A stretch of DNA of 64,000 nt from the human T2T-CHM13v2.0 reference genome, Homo sapiens: assembly GCF_009914755.1 (NCBI RefSeq), contig NC_060940.1; one strand, 5' to 3'. This document shows, in pieces, positions 1-14,311 of the stretch; positions within the stretch are counted from its first letter, which is position 1, and each line of letters begins with the position of its first letter. Position numbers and translations under genes: made by a program. The notes beneath the pieces are model-generated. The model had not been told where the DNA came from. It ran no database searches and saw only the letters and a list, made by a program, of their open reading frames with translations.

Positions 1-3000
1 TGATGATTATTCCATTGGAGTCCACTTAGTGAATCCTTTAGATTCTACTCGAAGATGATTCCATTTGAGTCCATTCGATGATACCATTCAATTCCATTCG
101 TTGATGCTTCCATTCAAGTGCATTCGATGATATCATTCGATTCCATTTGATGATAATTCCATTTGATTCCATGCGATGATTCTATTCGATTCCATTCAAT
201 GATAATTCCATTCAATTCAGTGATTCCTCTGGACTCCATTTGATGATGATTCCATTCAATGATTCCATTCGATTCTATTCGAAAATGATTCCATTTGAAT
301 CCATTTGATGATGATTCCATTAGATTCCATTTGATGATTCCATTCGATTCCATTCGACGATGATTCCATTCGATTCCATTTGATGATTCCATTCTATTCT
401 ATTCGATGATGATTCCATTCGATTCCATTCGATGATGATTGGATTCGATTCCATTTGATGATTTCATTTGATTCCATTCGTTAATGATTTCGATCAATTC
501 CATTTGATGATTCCATTCGATTCCATTCGATAATGATTACATCCGAGTCCATTCGATGATTCCATTTGAGCCTGTTCGATATTTCCATTTGAGTCCAATC
601 AATGATTCCATTCATATCCATTCAATGATTCCATTCGAGTCCATTTGATCATTCCGGTAGGGTCCATTCGATGTTGATTCCATTGGAGTGCATTCGATGA
701 TTCCATTCGAGTCCATTTTAGGATTTGATTCGAGTCCTTTCGATGATTCCATTCGATTCCACTCGATGATCATTTCATTCGAGTCCATTCGACACTTCCA
801 ATCGATTCCATTTGATGTTTCCATTCGAGTCCAATTGATGATTCCATTCAATTCCATTCGATGATGATTCCGTACGATTCCATTCTGTGATGATTCCATG
901 TGATTGCATTCAATGATGATTCCTTTCGATTGCATTTGATTATGATTCATTTCGTGTTCATTCTATGGTTCCACAGGATTCCATTCGTGTCCATTCCATT
1001 ATTCCATTCTATTCCATTTTATGATGATTCCATTCGATTCCATTCATTGGTGATTCCACTCAATTCCATTCAATGATTCCATTCCATTTCTTTCAACAAT
1101 GATTCCATTAGTTTCTAATCGAAGATCCACTTGATTCCATTTGACGACGATTCCATTCTTGTCCATTCGATGATTCCATTTGATTCCATATGATGATGAT
1201 TCCATTCGATTCCATACGATGATGATTCCATTCGAGTCCATTAAATGGTGATTCCATTCAATTCCATTCGATGATTCCCTTAGATTCCATTCGATGATTC
1301 CACTTGATTCCATTTACGATGATTCCATTCTATTCCATGTGATGATTCCATTCAATTCTATTCAATGATGTTTCCATTTGATTCCATTCGACCATGATTG
1401 CCTTTGATTCCATTCAATGATTCCGTTCGGTTCCTTTTGAGGATGATTCCGTTCGATTCCATTTGATGATTCCATTTGATTCCATTGGATGAGTCCATTC
1501 GATTACATTCGATGATTATTCCATTCGGGTGCATTAGAAGATCCCATTCGAGTCCATTCGATGATTCCATTCGATTCCATTCGATGTTGATTCTGTTCAA
1601 ATCCATTCGATGATTCCACTCGATTCCATTCGATGACTCCATTTGATCCCATTCGATGATTTCCTGTGATTCCCTTTGATGATCATTCCATTTGATTCAA
1701 TTCGGTGATTTCGTTTGATTCCATTCTGTGATGTTTCCATTCGACTCCATTCGATGATGATTCCATTCGACTCCATTCGATTATGATTTCATTCAATTCC
1801 ATTCGATAATGATTCCCTTCGAGTCCATTCGATGATTCCATTCGATTCCATTCAACGATGATTTGATTCGTGTCCATTCGATGATTCCATTTGATTCCAC
1901 TTGATGATGATTCCATTCGAGTCCATTTGATGATTCCATTCAATTCCATTCTCCGATGATTTCTTTTGAGCCCACTCAATGCTTCCACTCGATTCCATAT
2001 GATGATGACTCCATTCGATGAAATTCGATGATGATTCCATTCGCTTGCTTTAGATGATGATTCCACTTGAGTCCGTTAGAAGATTCTATTCAATTACATT
2101 CCATGACGATTCCGTTCGAGTCCATTTGATGATTCCATTAGACTCCATTCGACGATGATTCCATTCGATGTTATTCGATGATTCCATTCGATCTCATTCG
2201 ATGATGATTCCATTCAACTCCATTCGATGTTTCCATTCGAGTTCATTCTATTATTTCATTAGATTCCATTCGATGATGTTTCCATTCGTTTCCATTTGAT
2301 GATTGCATTCTATTTCATTTGATGATGATTCCATTCGAGTCCACTCGATGATTCCATTCGAGTCCATTTAATGAATCCATTGGTTTCAATTCTATGATGA
2401 TTACATTGGATTCCATTCGTTGATGATTTCATTCGGTTCCATTCAATGATAATTCCATTCAATTCCTTTCAATGTTTCCATTCAATTCCATACGATGATG
2501 ATTCCATTTGATTTGATTCGACAGTGAGCCATTCGATTCAATTCCATGATGATTCTATTTGATTCAATTGGTTGACACTTCCATTCGATTCCATTCGATG
2601 ATGATTCCCTTTGATTCCATTCAAAGATGATTCCATTCTAGCCCATTCAATCATTCCATTCGATTCTATTCAATGATGATTCCATTCATGTCGATTTGGT
2701 GATTCCATTTGACTTCATTTGATGATGATTCCTTTCAAGTTCATTAGATGATTCCATTCGATTCCATTTGATGATGATCCCATTCGAGTCCATTCAGTGA
2801 TTCCATTCGTTTCCATTCCATGATGATTCCATTCCATTCCATTCAATGATTCCATTCGATTCCGTTTGATGATGATTTCATTCGAGTCCATTTGATGATT
2901 CCATTTGATTCCATTCGATGATGATTCCATTCGAGTCCATTCGATGATTCTATTCGAATCCATTTGATGATTTCTTTTGATTATAGTTGGTGATGATTCC

Positions 3001-5795
3001 ATTGGAGTCCATTCAATGATTCCATTCGATTCCAATCGATGGTGATTCCATTAGAGTCCATTTAATGATTCCATTTGATTCCAGTCTCTGATGATTACAT
3101 TCGAGTCCATACGATGATTCCACTCAATTCCATATGATGATGATTCCATTCGATTCCATTCGATGATTCCATTCTATTCTATTCAATGGTGATTCCATTC
3201 GAGTACATTAGATGATTCCATTCGATTCCATTCAATGATGATTCTATTTGTGTCCCTTAGATGATTCCACATGATTCCATTAGGTGATGATACTATTTGA
3301 GCCCATCCAATGATTCCCTTCGATTCCATTCGATGAGGATTCCATTCGATTCAATTCATTGGTGATTCTATTCAATTCAATTCTTTGATTCCATTTTATT
3401 CCATTCGACAATGATTCCATTCGATTTCTTTCGATGATTCCACTCGATTCCACTTGACATTGATTCCATTCGATTCCATTCAATGATTCCATTTGATTCC
3501 AGTGGATGATGATTGCCATCGATTCCATTCGATCACTCCATTCTATTCCATTTGATGATGATTACATTCGATTCCATTTGATGATTCCATCTGATTCTAT
3601 TCGAGGATTCCATTTGATTCCATTCGATGATGATTCCATTCGAGTCCATTCGATGATTTCATTCGAGTACATCCAATGATTCCATTCGAGTCCATTTGAT
3701 GATTCCATTTGATTCCATTTGATTATGATTCTACTAGAGTCCATTCAATGACTCCATTCGAGTCCATTCAACAATTCCATTCGACTCCATTCGATGATTC
3801 CATTCGATTCCATTTGATGATTCCATTCGAGTCCATTTAATCATTACAGTCGAGTCCATTTGGTGATTCCACTGGAATTCTTTTGATAATGATATCATTC
3901 AATTACATTTGATGACGATCCCATTCAATTTCATTTGATGATGATTCCATTAGAGTCCATTCGATGATTTCATTCGAGTCCCTTCATTGATTCCATCCGA
4001 TTTCATTGGATGATGACTCCATTCGAGTCCATTCGATGATTCCACTCGATTCCATTAGATGATTCCATTGGAGTCCATTTGATTGTTCCATTCGATTCCA
4101 TTCGATTCCTTTCGAAGATTATTCCATTTGAGTCCGTTCGATGATGATTCCATTCCATTCCATTCGATGATTCCGTTTGATTCCATTCGATGATTCCCTT
4201 CGATTCCTTTCTTTGACGATTCCATTCCATTCCATTCAATGATTCCATTCGAATCTATTCCATGATGATTCCTTTCGATTCCATTCGCTGATGTTTCCGT
4301 TCAATTCCATTCGATGATGATTCCATTCGATTCCATTCATTGAGGATTCCATTTGATTCCATTCAATGATGATTCCATTCTATTCCATTCAAAGATTGCA
4401 TTCAATTCCATTCAATGATCATCCCCTTAGTGTAAACTCAACGATTCCATTCAATACCATTCGATGATGATTCCTGTTGAGTCCATTCAATGATTTCATT
4501 CAAGTCCATTTGATGATTCCTTTCAATTCCATTCTATGATGATTCCATTCGAGTCCATTCGATGATTCCATTCGATTGCATTCGAGGATTCCATTATATT
4601 CCATTCAACAATGATTCCATTCGAGTTCATTCGATGATTCCATTAGAGTACATTTAATGATTGCTTTGTTTTCAATTCGAAGATGATTACATTGGATTCC
4701 ATTCTATGGTACCATTCGATTCCATTCAATGATGATTCCACTCAAATCCATTGGATGATTCCATTCGTGTCCATTCGGTGATTTCATTAGATTCCATTCG
4801 AGGATGATTCCTTTCGATTCCATTCGATGATTCCATTCAATTCCATTCGATGATGATTCCATTCGAGTCCATATGATCATTCCATTTCATTTCATTCGAT
4901 GATGATTCCATTCGATTCCATTCGATGATTCCATTCTATTCCATTCGATGATGATTCCATTCGAGTCCATTCGATGATTCCATTCGAGTCCATTTAATGA
5001 TTCCATTGGGTTCAATTCAATGATGATTACATTGGATTCCGTTCTAATGATTCCATTCAATTCCGTTCATTGACAATTTGATTCCATTCGATGATGATTC
5101 CATTTGAGTTCATTCGATGATTCTATTCGATTCTCTTCGATGGTGATTCAATTCTATTATATTGGATGATTCCATTCGATTCCATTTGATGTTGATTCAA
5201 TTCGAATCTATTCGATGATGATTCCATTGGATTTCACTTGATGATTCTATTCGATTCCATTCAATGATGATTCACTTCCGTCCATTGGATGATTCCATTT
5301 CATTCCATTCGATGATGATTCCATTCGATTCCATTCGATGATTCCATTTGATTCCATTCGACGGTGAGCAATTCGATTCAATTCCATGATGATTCTATTT
5401 GATTCAATTAGATGATGTTTCCATTCGAATCCATTCCATGATTATTCCATTGGAATCCATTCGGCGATGATTCCATATGAGTCAATTCAATGATGATTCC
5501 ATATGGGTCCGTTCGATGATAATTCCATTTGATTTCATTCGATGCTTCTATTCAATTCCAGTCGATGATGATTCCGTTGGAGTCCATACGATGATTCCAT
5601 TTGATTTCATTTGATGATGATTCCATTCGATGACGATTACATTGGATTCCATTCTATGATTCCATTCAATTCCATTCGTTGATGATTCGATTCCATTCAA
5701 TGATGATTCCATTTGAGTTCATTCGATGATTCTATTCGATTCCATTCTATGGTGATTCAATTCTCTTATATTGGATGATTCGACTCGATTCCATT
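1..5795 (+). repeat. Higher-order unit 1 (5795 bp = 6112 - 317 bp deletion); phase set arbitrarily at the window start
   Basis: tgatgattattccattggagtccactt at 1 recurs at 5796. The offset to the next copy switches from 5795 to 6112 at ~1278. Confidence 0.9.
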
Positions 5796-8700
5796 TGATG
5801 ATTATTCCATTGGAGTCCACTTGGTGAATCCTTTAGATTCTACTCGAAGATGATTCCATTCGAGTCCATTCGATGATACCATTCAATTCCATTCGTTGAT
5901 GCTTCCATTCAAGTGCATTCGATGATATCATTCGATTCCATTTGATGATAATTCCATTTGATTCCATGCGATGATTCTATTCGATTCCATTCAATGATAA
6001 TTCCATTCAATTCAGTGATTCCTCTGGACTCCATTTGATGATGATTCCATTCAATGATTCCATTCGATTCTATTCGAAAATGATTCCATTTGAATCCATT
6101 TGATGATGATTCCATTAGATTCCATTTGATGATTCCATTCGATTCCATTCGACGATGATTCCATTCGATTCCGTTTGATGATTCCATTCTATTCTATTCG
6201 ATGATGATTCCATTCGATTCCATTCGATGATGATTGGATTCGATTCCATTGGATGATTTCATTTGATTCCATTCGTTAATGATTTCGATCAATTCCATTC
6301 GATGATTCCATTCGATTCCATTCGATAATGATTACATCCGAGTCCATTCGATGATTCCATTTGAGCCTGTTCGATAATTCCATTTGAGTCCAACCAATGA
6401 TTCCATTCATTTCCATTCAATGATTCCATTCGAGTCCATTTGATCATTCCGGTAGGGTCCATTCGATGTTGATTCCATTGGAGTGCATTCGATGATTCCA
6501 TTCGAGTCCATTTTAGGATTTGATTCGAGTCCTTTCGATGATTCCATTCGATTCCACTCGATGATGATTTCATTCGAGTCCATTCGACACTTCCAATCGA
6601 TTCCATTTGATGATTCCATTCGAGTCCAATTGATGATTCCATTCAATTCCATTCGATGATGATTCCGTACGATACCATTCTGTGATGATTCCATGTGATT
6701 GCATTCAATGATGATTCCTTTCGATTGCATTCGATTATGATTCATTTCGTGTTCATTCTATGGTTCCACAGGTTTCCATTCGTGTCCATTCCATTATTCC
6801 ATTCTATTCCATTTGATGATGATTCCATTCGATTCCATTCATTGGTGATTCCACTCAATTCCATTCAATGATTCCATTCCATTTCTTTCAACAATGATTC
6901 CATTAGTTTCTAATCGATGATCCACTTGATTCCATTTGACGACGATTCCATTCTTGTCCATTCGATGATTCCATTTGATTCCATATGATGATGATTCCAT
7001 TCGATTCCATACCATGATGATTCCATTCGAGTCCATTCAATGGTGATTCCATTCAATTCCATTCGATGATTCCTTTTGATTCCATTCGATGATGATGGCA
7101 TTCGATTCCTTTCAATCATTCCCTTTGATTCCATTCAAAGGTGATTTCATTCAAGTCCATTCGATAATTGCATTCGATTCCATTCTATGATGATTCCATT
7201 CGAGTCCATTTGATGATTCCATTCAATTCAAGTCAATGATGATTCCATTCGATTCCATTCGATGATTCCATTGGATTCCATTCGATGATGATTCCATTCA
7301 AATCCTTTCGATAATTCAATTCAAGTCCATTCGATGATGATTCCAATCGAATCCATTCAAAGATTCCATTCAGTTCCATTCGATGATTCCCTTAGATTCC
7401 ATTCGATGATTCCACTTGATTGCATTTACGATGATTCCATTCGATTCCATGTGATGATTCCATTCAATTCTATTCAATGATGTTTCCATTTGATTCCATT
7501 CGACCATGATTGCCTTTGATTCCATTCAATGATTCCATTCGGTTCCGTTTGATGATGATTCCGTTCGATTCCATTTGATGATTCCATTTGATTCCATTGG
7601 ATGGGTCCATTCGATTACATTCGATGATTATTCCATTCGAGTGCATTAGATGATTCCATTCGAGTCCATTCGATGATTCCATTCGATTCCATTCGATGTT
7701 GATTCTGTTCAAATCCATTCGATGATTCCACTCGATTCCATTCGTTGACTCCATTTGATCCCATTCGATGATTTCCTTTGATTCCCTTTGATGATCATTC
7801 CATTTGATTCAATTCGGTGATTTCATTTGATTCCATTCAGTGATGTTTCCATTCGACTCCATTCGATGATTATTCCATTCGACTCCATTCGATTATGATT
7901 TCATTCAATTCCATTCGATAATGATTCCCTGCGAGTCTATTCGATGATTCCATTCGATTCCATTCAACGATGATTTGATTCGTGTCCATTCGATGATTCC
8001 ATTTGATTCCACTTGATGATGATTCCATTCGAGCCCATTTGATGATTCCATTCAATTCCATACTCCGATGATTTCTTTTGAGCCCACTCAATGCTTCCAC
8101 TCGATTCCATATGATGATGACTCCATTCGATGAAATTCGATGATGATTCCATTCGCTTGCTTTCGATGATGATTCCACTTGAGTCCGTTAGAAGATTCTA
8201 TTCAATTACATTCCATGACGATTCCGTTCGAGTCCATTTGATGATTCCATTAGACTCCATTCGACGATGATTCCATTCGATGTTATTCGATGATTCCATT
8301 CGATCTCATTCGATGATGATTCCATTCAACTCCATTCGATGTTTCCATTCGAGTTCATTCTATTATTCCATTAGATTCCATTCGATGATGATTCCATTCG
8401 ATTCCATTTGATGATTGCATTCTATTTCATTTGATGATGATTCCATTCGAGTCCACTCGATGATTCCATTCGAGTCCATTTAATGAATCCATTGGTTTCA
8501 ATTCTATGATGATTACATTGGATTCCATTCGTTGATGATTTCATTCGGTTCCATTCAATGATGATTCCATTCAATTCCTTTCAATGTTTCCATTCAATTC
8601 CATACGATGATGATTCCATTTGATTTGATTCGACAGTGAGCCATTCGATTCAATTCCATGATGATTCTATTTGATTCAATTGGTTGACATTTCCATTCGA

Positions 8701-11700
8701 TTCCATTCGATGATGATTCCCTTTGATTCCGTTCAAAGATGATTCCATTCTAGCCCATTCAATCATTCCATTCGATTCTATTCAATGATGATTCCATTCA
8801 TGTCGATTTGGTGATTCCATTTGACTTCATTTGATGATGATTCCTTTCAAGTTCATTAGATGATTCCATTCGATTCCATTTGATGATGATCCCATTCGAG
8901 TCCATTCAGTGATTCCATTCATTTCCATTCCATGATGATTCCATTCCTTTCCATTCAATGATTCCATTCGATTCCGTTTGATGATGATTTCATTCGAGTC
9001 CATTTGATGATTCCATTTGATTCCATTCGATGATGATTCCATTCGAGTCCATTCGATGATTCTATTCGAATCCATTTGATGATTTCTTTTGATTATATTT
9101 GGTGATGATTCCATTAGAGTCCATTCAATGATTCCATTCTATTCCAATCGATGATGATTCCATTAGAGTCCATTTAATGATTCCATTTGATTCCAGTCTC
9201 TGATGATTACATTCGAGTCCATACGATGATTCCACTCAATTCCATATGATGATGATTCCATTTGATTCCATTCGGTGATTCCATTCTATTCTATTCAATG
9301 GTGATTCCATTCGAGTACATTAGATGATTCCATTCGATTCCATTCAATGATGATTCTATTTGTGTCCCTTAGATGATTCCACATGATTCCATTAGATGAT
9401 GATACTATTTGAGCCCATCCAATGATTCCCTTCGATTCCATTCGATGAGGATTCCATTCGATTCAATTCATTGGTGATTCTATTCAATTCAATTCTTTGA
9501 TTCCATTCCATTCCATTCGACAATAATTCCATTCGATTTCTTTCGATGATTCCACTCGATTCCACTTGACATTGATTCCATTCGATTCCATTCAATGATT
9601 CCATTTGATTCCAGTGGATGATGATTGCCATCGATTCCATTCGATCACTCCATTCTATTCCATTTGATGATGATTACATTCGATTCCATTTGATGATTCC
9701 ATCTGATTCTATTCGAGGATTCCATTTGATTCCATTCGATGATGATTCCATTCGAGTCCATTCGATGATTTCATTCGAGTACATCCAATGATTCCATTCG
9801 AGTCCATTAGATGATTCCATTTGATTCCATTTGAAAATGATTCTACTAGAGTCCATTCAATGACTCCATTCGAGTCCATTCAACAATTCCATTCGACTCC
9901 ATTCGATGATTCCATTCGATTCCATTTGATGGTTCCATTCGAGTCCATTTAATCATTACAGTCGAGTCCATTTGGTGATTCCACTGGATTTCTTTTGATA
10001 ATGATACCATTCAATTACATTTGATGATGATCCCATTCAATTTCATTTGATGATGATTCCATTAGAGTCCATTCGATGATTTCATTCGAGTCCCTTCATT
10101 GATTCCATCCGATTTCATTGGATGATGACTCCATTCGAGTCCATTCGATGATTCCACTCGATTCCATTAGATGACTCCATTGGAGCCCATTTGATTGTTC
10201 CATTCGATTCCATTCGATTCCTTTCGAAGATTATTCCATTTGAGTCCATTCGATGATGATTCCATTCCATTCCATTTGATGATTCCGTTTGATTCCATTC
10301 GATGATTCCCTTCGATTCCTTTCTTTGATGATTCCATTCCATTCCATTCAATGATTCCATTCGAATCTATTCCATGATGATTCCTTTCGATTCCATTCGC
10401 TGATGTTTCCGTTCAATTCCATTCGATGATGATTCCATTCGATTCCATTCATTGAGGATTCCATTTGATTCCATTCAATGATGATTCCATTCTATTCCAT
10501 TCAATGATTGCATTCAATTCCATTCAATGATTATCCCCTTAGAGTAAACTCAACGATTCCATTCAATACCATTCGATGATGATTCCTTTTGAGTCCATTC
10601 AATGATTTCATTCAAGTCCATTTGATGATTCCTTTCAATTCCATTCTATGATGATTCCATTCGAGTCCATTCGATGATTCCATTCGATTGCATTCGATGA
10701 TTCCATTATATTCCATTCAACGGTGATTCCATTCGAGTCCATTCCATGATTCCATTAGAGTACATTTAATGATTGCTTTGTTTTCAATTCGAAGATGATT
10801 ACATTGGATTCCATTCTATGATACCATTCGATTCCATTCAATGATGATTCCACTCAAATCCATTGGATGATTCCATTCGTGTCCATTCGGTGATTTCATT
10901 AGATTCCATTCGAGGATGATTCCATTCGATTCCATTCGATGATTCCATTCAATTCCATTAGATGATGATTCCATTCCAGTCCATATGATCATTCCATTCA
11001 ATTCCATACGATGATGATTCCATTTGATTTGATTCGACAGTGAGCCATTTGATTCAATTCCATGATGATTCTATTTGATTCAATTGGTTGACATTTCCAT
11101 TCGATTCCATTCGATGATGATTCCCTTTGATTCCGTTCAAAGATGATTCCATTCTAGCCCATTCAATCATTCCATTCGATTCTATTCAATGATGATTCCA
11201 TTCATGTCGATTTGGTGATTCCATTTGACTTCATTTGATGATGATTCCTTTCAAGTTCATTAGATGATTCCATTCGATTCCATTTGATGATGATCCCATT
11301 CGAATCCATTCAGTGATTCCATTCATTTCCATTCCATGATGATTCCATTCCTTTCCATTCAATGATTCCATTCGATTCCGTTTGATGATGATTTCATTCG
11401 AGTCCATTTGATGATTCCATTTGATTCCATTCGATGATGATTCCATTCGAGTCCATTCGATGATTCTATTCGAATCCATTTGATGATTTCTTTTGATTAT
11501 ATTTGGTGATGATTCCATTGGAGTCCATTCAATGATTCCATTCTATTCCAATCGATGATGATTCCATTAGAGTCCATTTAATGATTCCATTTGATTCCAG
11601 TCTCTGATGATTACATTCGAGTCCATACGATGATTCCACTCAATTCCATATGATGATGATTCCATTTGATTCCATTCGGTGATTCCATTCTATTCTATTC

Positions 11701-14311
11701 AATGGTGATTCCATTCGAGTACATTAGATGATTCCATTCGATTCCATTCAATGATGATTCTATTTGTGTCCCTTAGATGATTCCACATGATTCCATTACA
11801 TGATGATACTATTTGAGCCCATCCAATGATTCCCTTCGATTCCATTCGATGAGGATTCCATTCGATTCAATTCATTGGTGATTCTATTCAATTCAATTCT
11901 TTGATTCCATTCCATTCCATTCGACAATGATTCCATTCGATTTCTTTCGATGATTCCACTCGATTCCACTTGACATTGATTCCATTCGATTCCATTCAAT
12001 GATTCCATTTGATTCCAGTGGATGATGATTGCCATCGATTCCATTCGATCACTCCATTCTATTCCATTTGATGATGATTACATTCGATTCCATTTGATGA
12101 TTCCATCTGATTCTATTCGAGGATTCCATTTGATTCCATTCGATGATGATTCCATTCGAGTCCATTCGATGATTTCATTCGAGTACATCCAATGATTCCA
12201 TTCGAGTCCATTAGATGATTCCGTTTGATTCCATTTGAAAATGATTCTACTAGAGTCCATTCAATGACTCCATTCGAGTCCATTCAACAATTCCATTCGA
12301 CTCCATTCGATGATTCCATTCGATTCCATTTGATGGTTCCATTCGAGTCCATTTAATCATTACAGTCGAGTCCGTTTGGTGATTCCACTGGATTTCTTTT
12401 GATAATGATACCATTCAATTACATTTGATGATGATCCCATTCAATTTCATTTGATGATGATTCCATTAGAGTCCATTCGATGATTTCATTCGAGTCCCTT
12501 CATTGAATCCATCCGATTTCATTTGATGATGACTCCATTCGAGTCCATTCGATGATTCCACTCGATTCCATTAGATGACTCCATTGGAGTCCATTTGATT
12601 GTTCCATTCGATTCCATTCGATTCCTTTCGAAGATTATTCCATTTGAGTCCATTCGATGATGATTCCATTCCATTCCATTCGATGATTCCGTTTGATTCC
12701 ATTCGATGATTCCCTTCGATTCCTTTCTTTGATGATTCCATTCCATTCCATTCAATGATTCCATTCGAATCTATTCCATGATGATTCCTTTCGATTCCAT
12801 TCGCTGATGTTTCCGTTCAATTCCATTCGATGATGATTCCATTCGATTCCATTCATTGAGGATTCCATTTGATTCCATTCAATGATGATTCCATTCTATT
12901 CCATTCAATGATTTCATTCAATTCCATTCAATGATTATCCCCTTAGAGTAAACTCAACGATTCCATTCAATACCATTCGATGATGATTCCTTTTGAGTCC
13001 ATTCAATGATTTCATTCAAGTCCATTTGATGATTCCTTTCAATTCCATTCGATGATGATTCCATTCGAGTCCATTCGATGATTCCATTCGATTGCATTCG
13101 ATGATTCCATTATATTCCATTCAACGGTGATTCCATTCGAGTCCATTCCATGATTCCATTAGAGTACATTTAATGATTGCTTTGTTTTCAATTCGAAGAT
13201 GATTGCATTGGATTCCATTCTATGATACCATTCGATTCCATTCAATGATGATTCCACTCAAATCCATTGGATGATTCCATTCGTGTCCATTCGGTGATTT
13301 CATTAGATTCCATTCGAGGATGATTCCATTCGATTCCATTCGATGATTCCATTCAATTCCATTCGATGATGATTCCATTCCAGTCCATATGATCATTCCA
13401 TTTGATTTCATTCGATGATGATTCCATTCGATTCCATTCGACGATTCCATTCTATTCCATTCGATGATGATTCCATTCGAGTCCATTCGATCAATCCATT
13501 CGAGTCCATTTAATGATTCCATTGGGTTCAATTCAATGATGATTACATTGGATTCCGTTCTATGATTCCATTCAATTCCGTTCATTGACAATTTGATTCC
13601 ATTCGATGATGATTCCATTTGAGTTCATTCGATGATTCTATTCGATTCTCTTCGATGGTGATTCAATTTTATTATATTGGATAATTCCATTCGATTCCAT
13701 TTGATGTTGATTCAATTCGATTCTATTCGATGATGATTCCATTGGATTTCACTTGATGATTCTATTCGATTCCATTCAATGATGATTCACTTCTCGTCCA
13801 TTGGATGATTCCATTTCATTCCATTCGATGATGATTCCATTTGATTCCATTCGTTGATTCCATTTGATTCCATGCGACGGTGAGCAATTCGATTCAATTC
13901 CATGATGATTCTATTTGATTCAATTAGATGATGTTTCCATTCGAATCCATTCCATGATTATTCCATTGGAATCCATTCGGCGATGATTCCATATGAGTCA
14001 ATTCAATGATGATTCCATATGGGTCCGTTCGATGATAATTCCATTTGATTTCATTCGATGCTTCTATTCTATTCCAGTCGATGATGATTCCGTTGGAGTC
14101 CATACGATGATTCCATTTGATTTCATTTGATGATGATTCCATTCGATGATGATTACATTGGATTCCATTCTATGATTCCATTCAATTCCATTCGTTGATG
14201 ATTCGATTCCATTCAATGATGATTCCATTTGAGTTCATTCGATGATTCTATTCGATTCCGTTCGATGGTGATTCAATTCTATTATATTGGATGATTCCAC
14301 TCGATTCCATT
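5796..14311 (+). repeat. Higher-order unit 2 (8516 bp = 6112 + 2404 bp internal tandem duplication)
   Basis: Anchor at 5796 recurs at 14312. Internal homologous ORF starts 8827/11231, 9392/11796, 10115/12519 and 10816/13220 are all 2404 apart. Confidence 0.9.
8588..13395 (+). repeat. 2404-bp direct tandem duplication (8588-10991 and 10992-13395)
   Basis: Junction ccatatgatca|ttccatt|caattccatacg at 10981-11010 joins late-unit sequence back to the equivalent of 8588. Confidence 0.88.

Noticed and set aside
5444-5456. attcca-t-tggaat inverted repeat as a hairpin or strand-inversion breakpoint
   Set aside because: Only 6-bp arms produced by point substitutions; flanks keep the CATTC orientation. 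No inversion was seen in the window.
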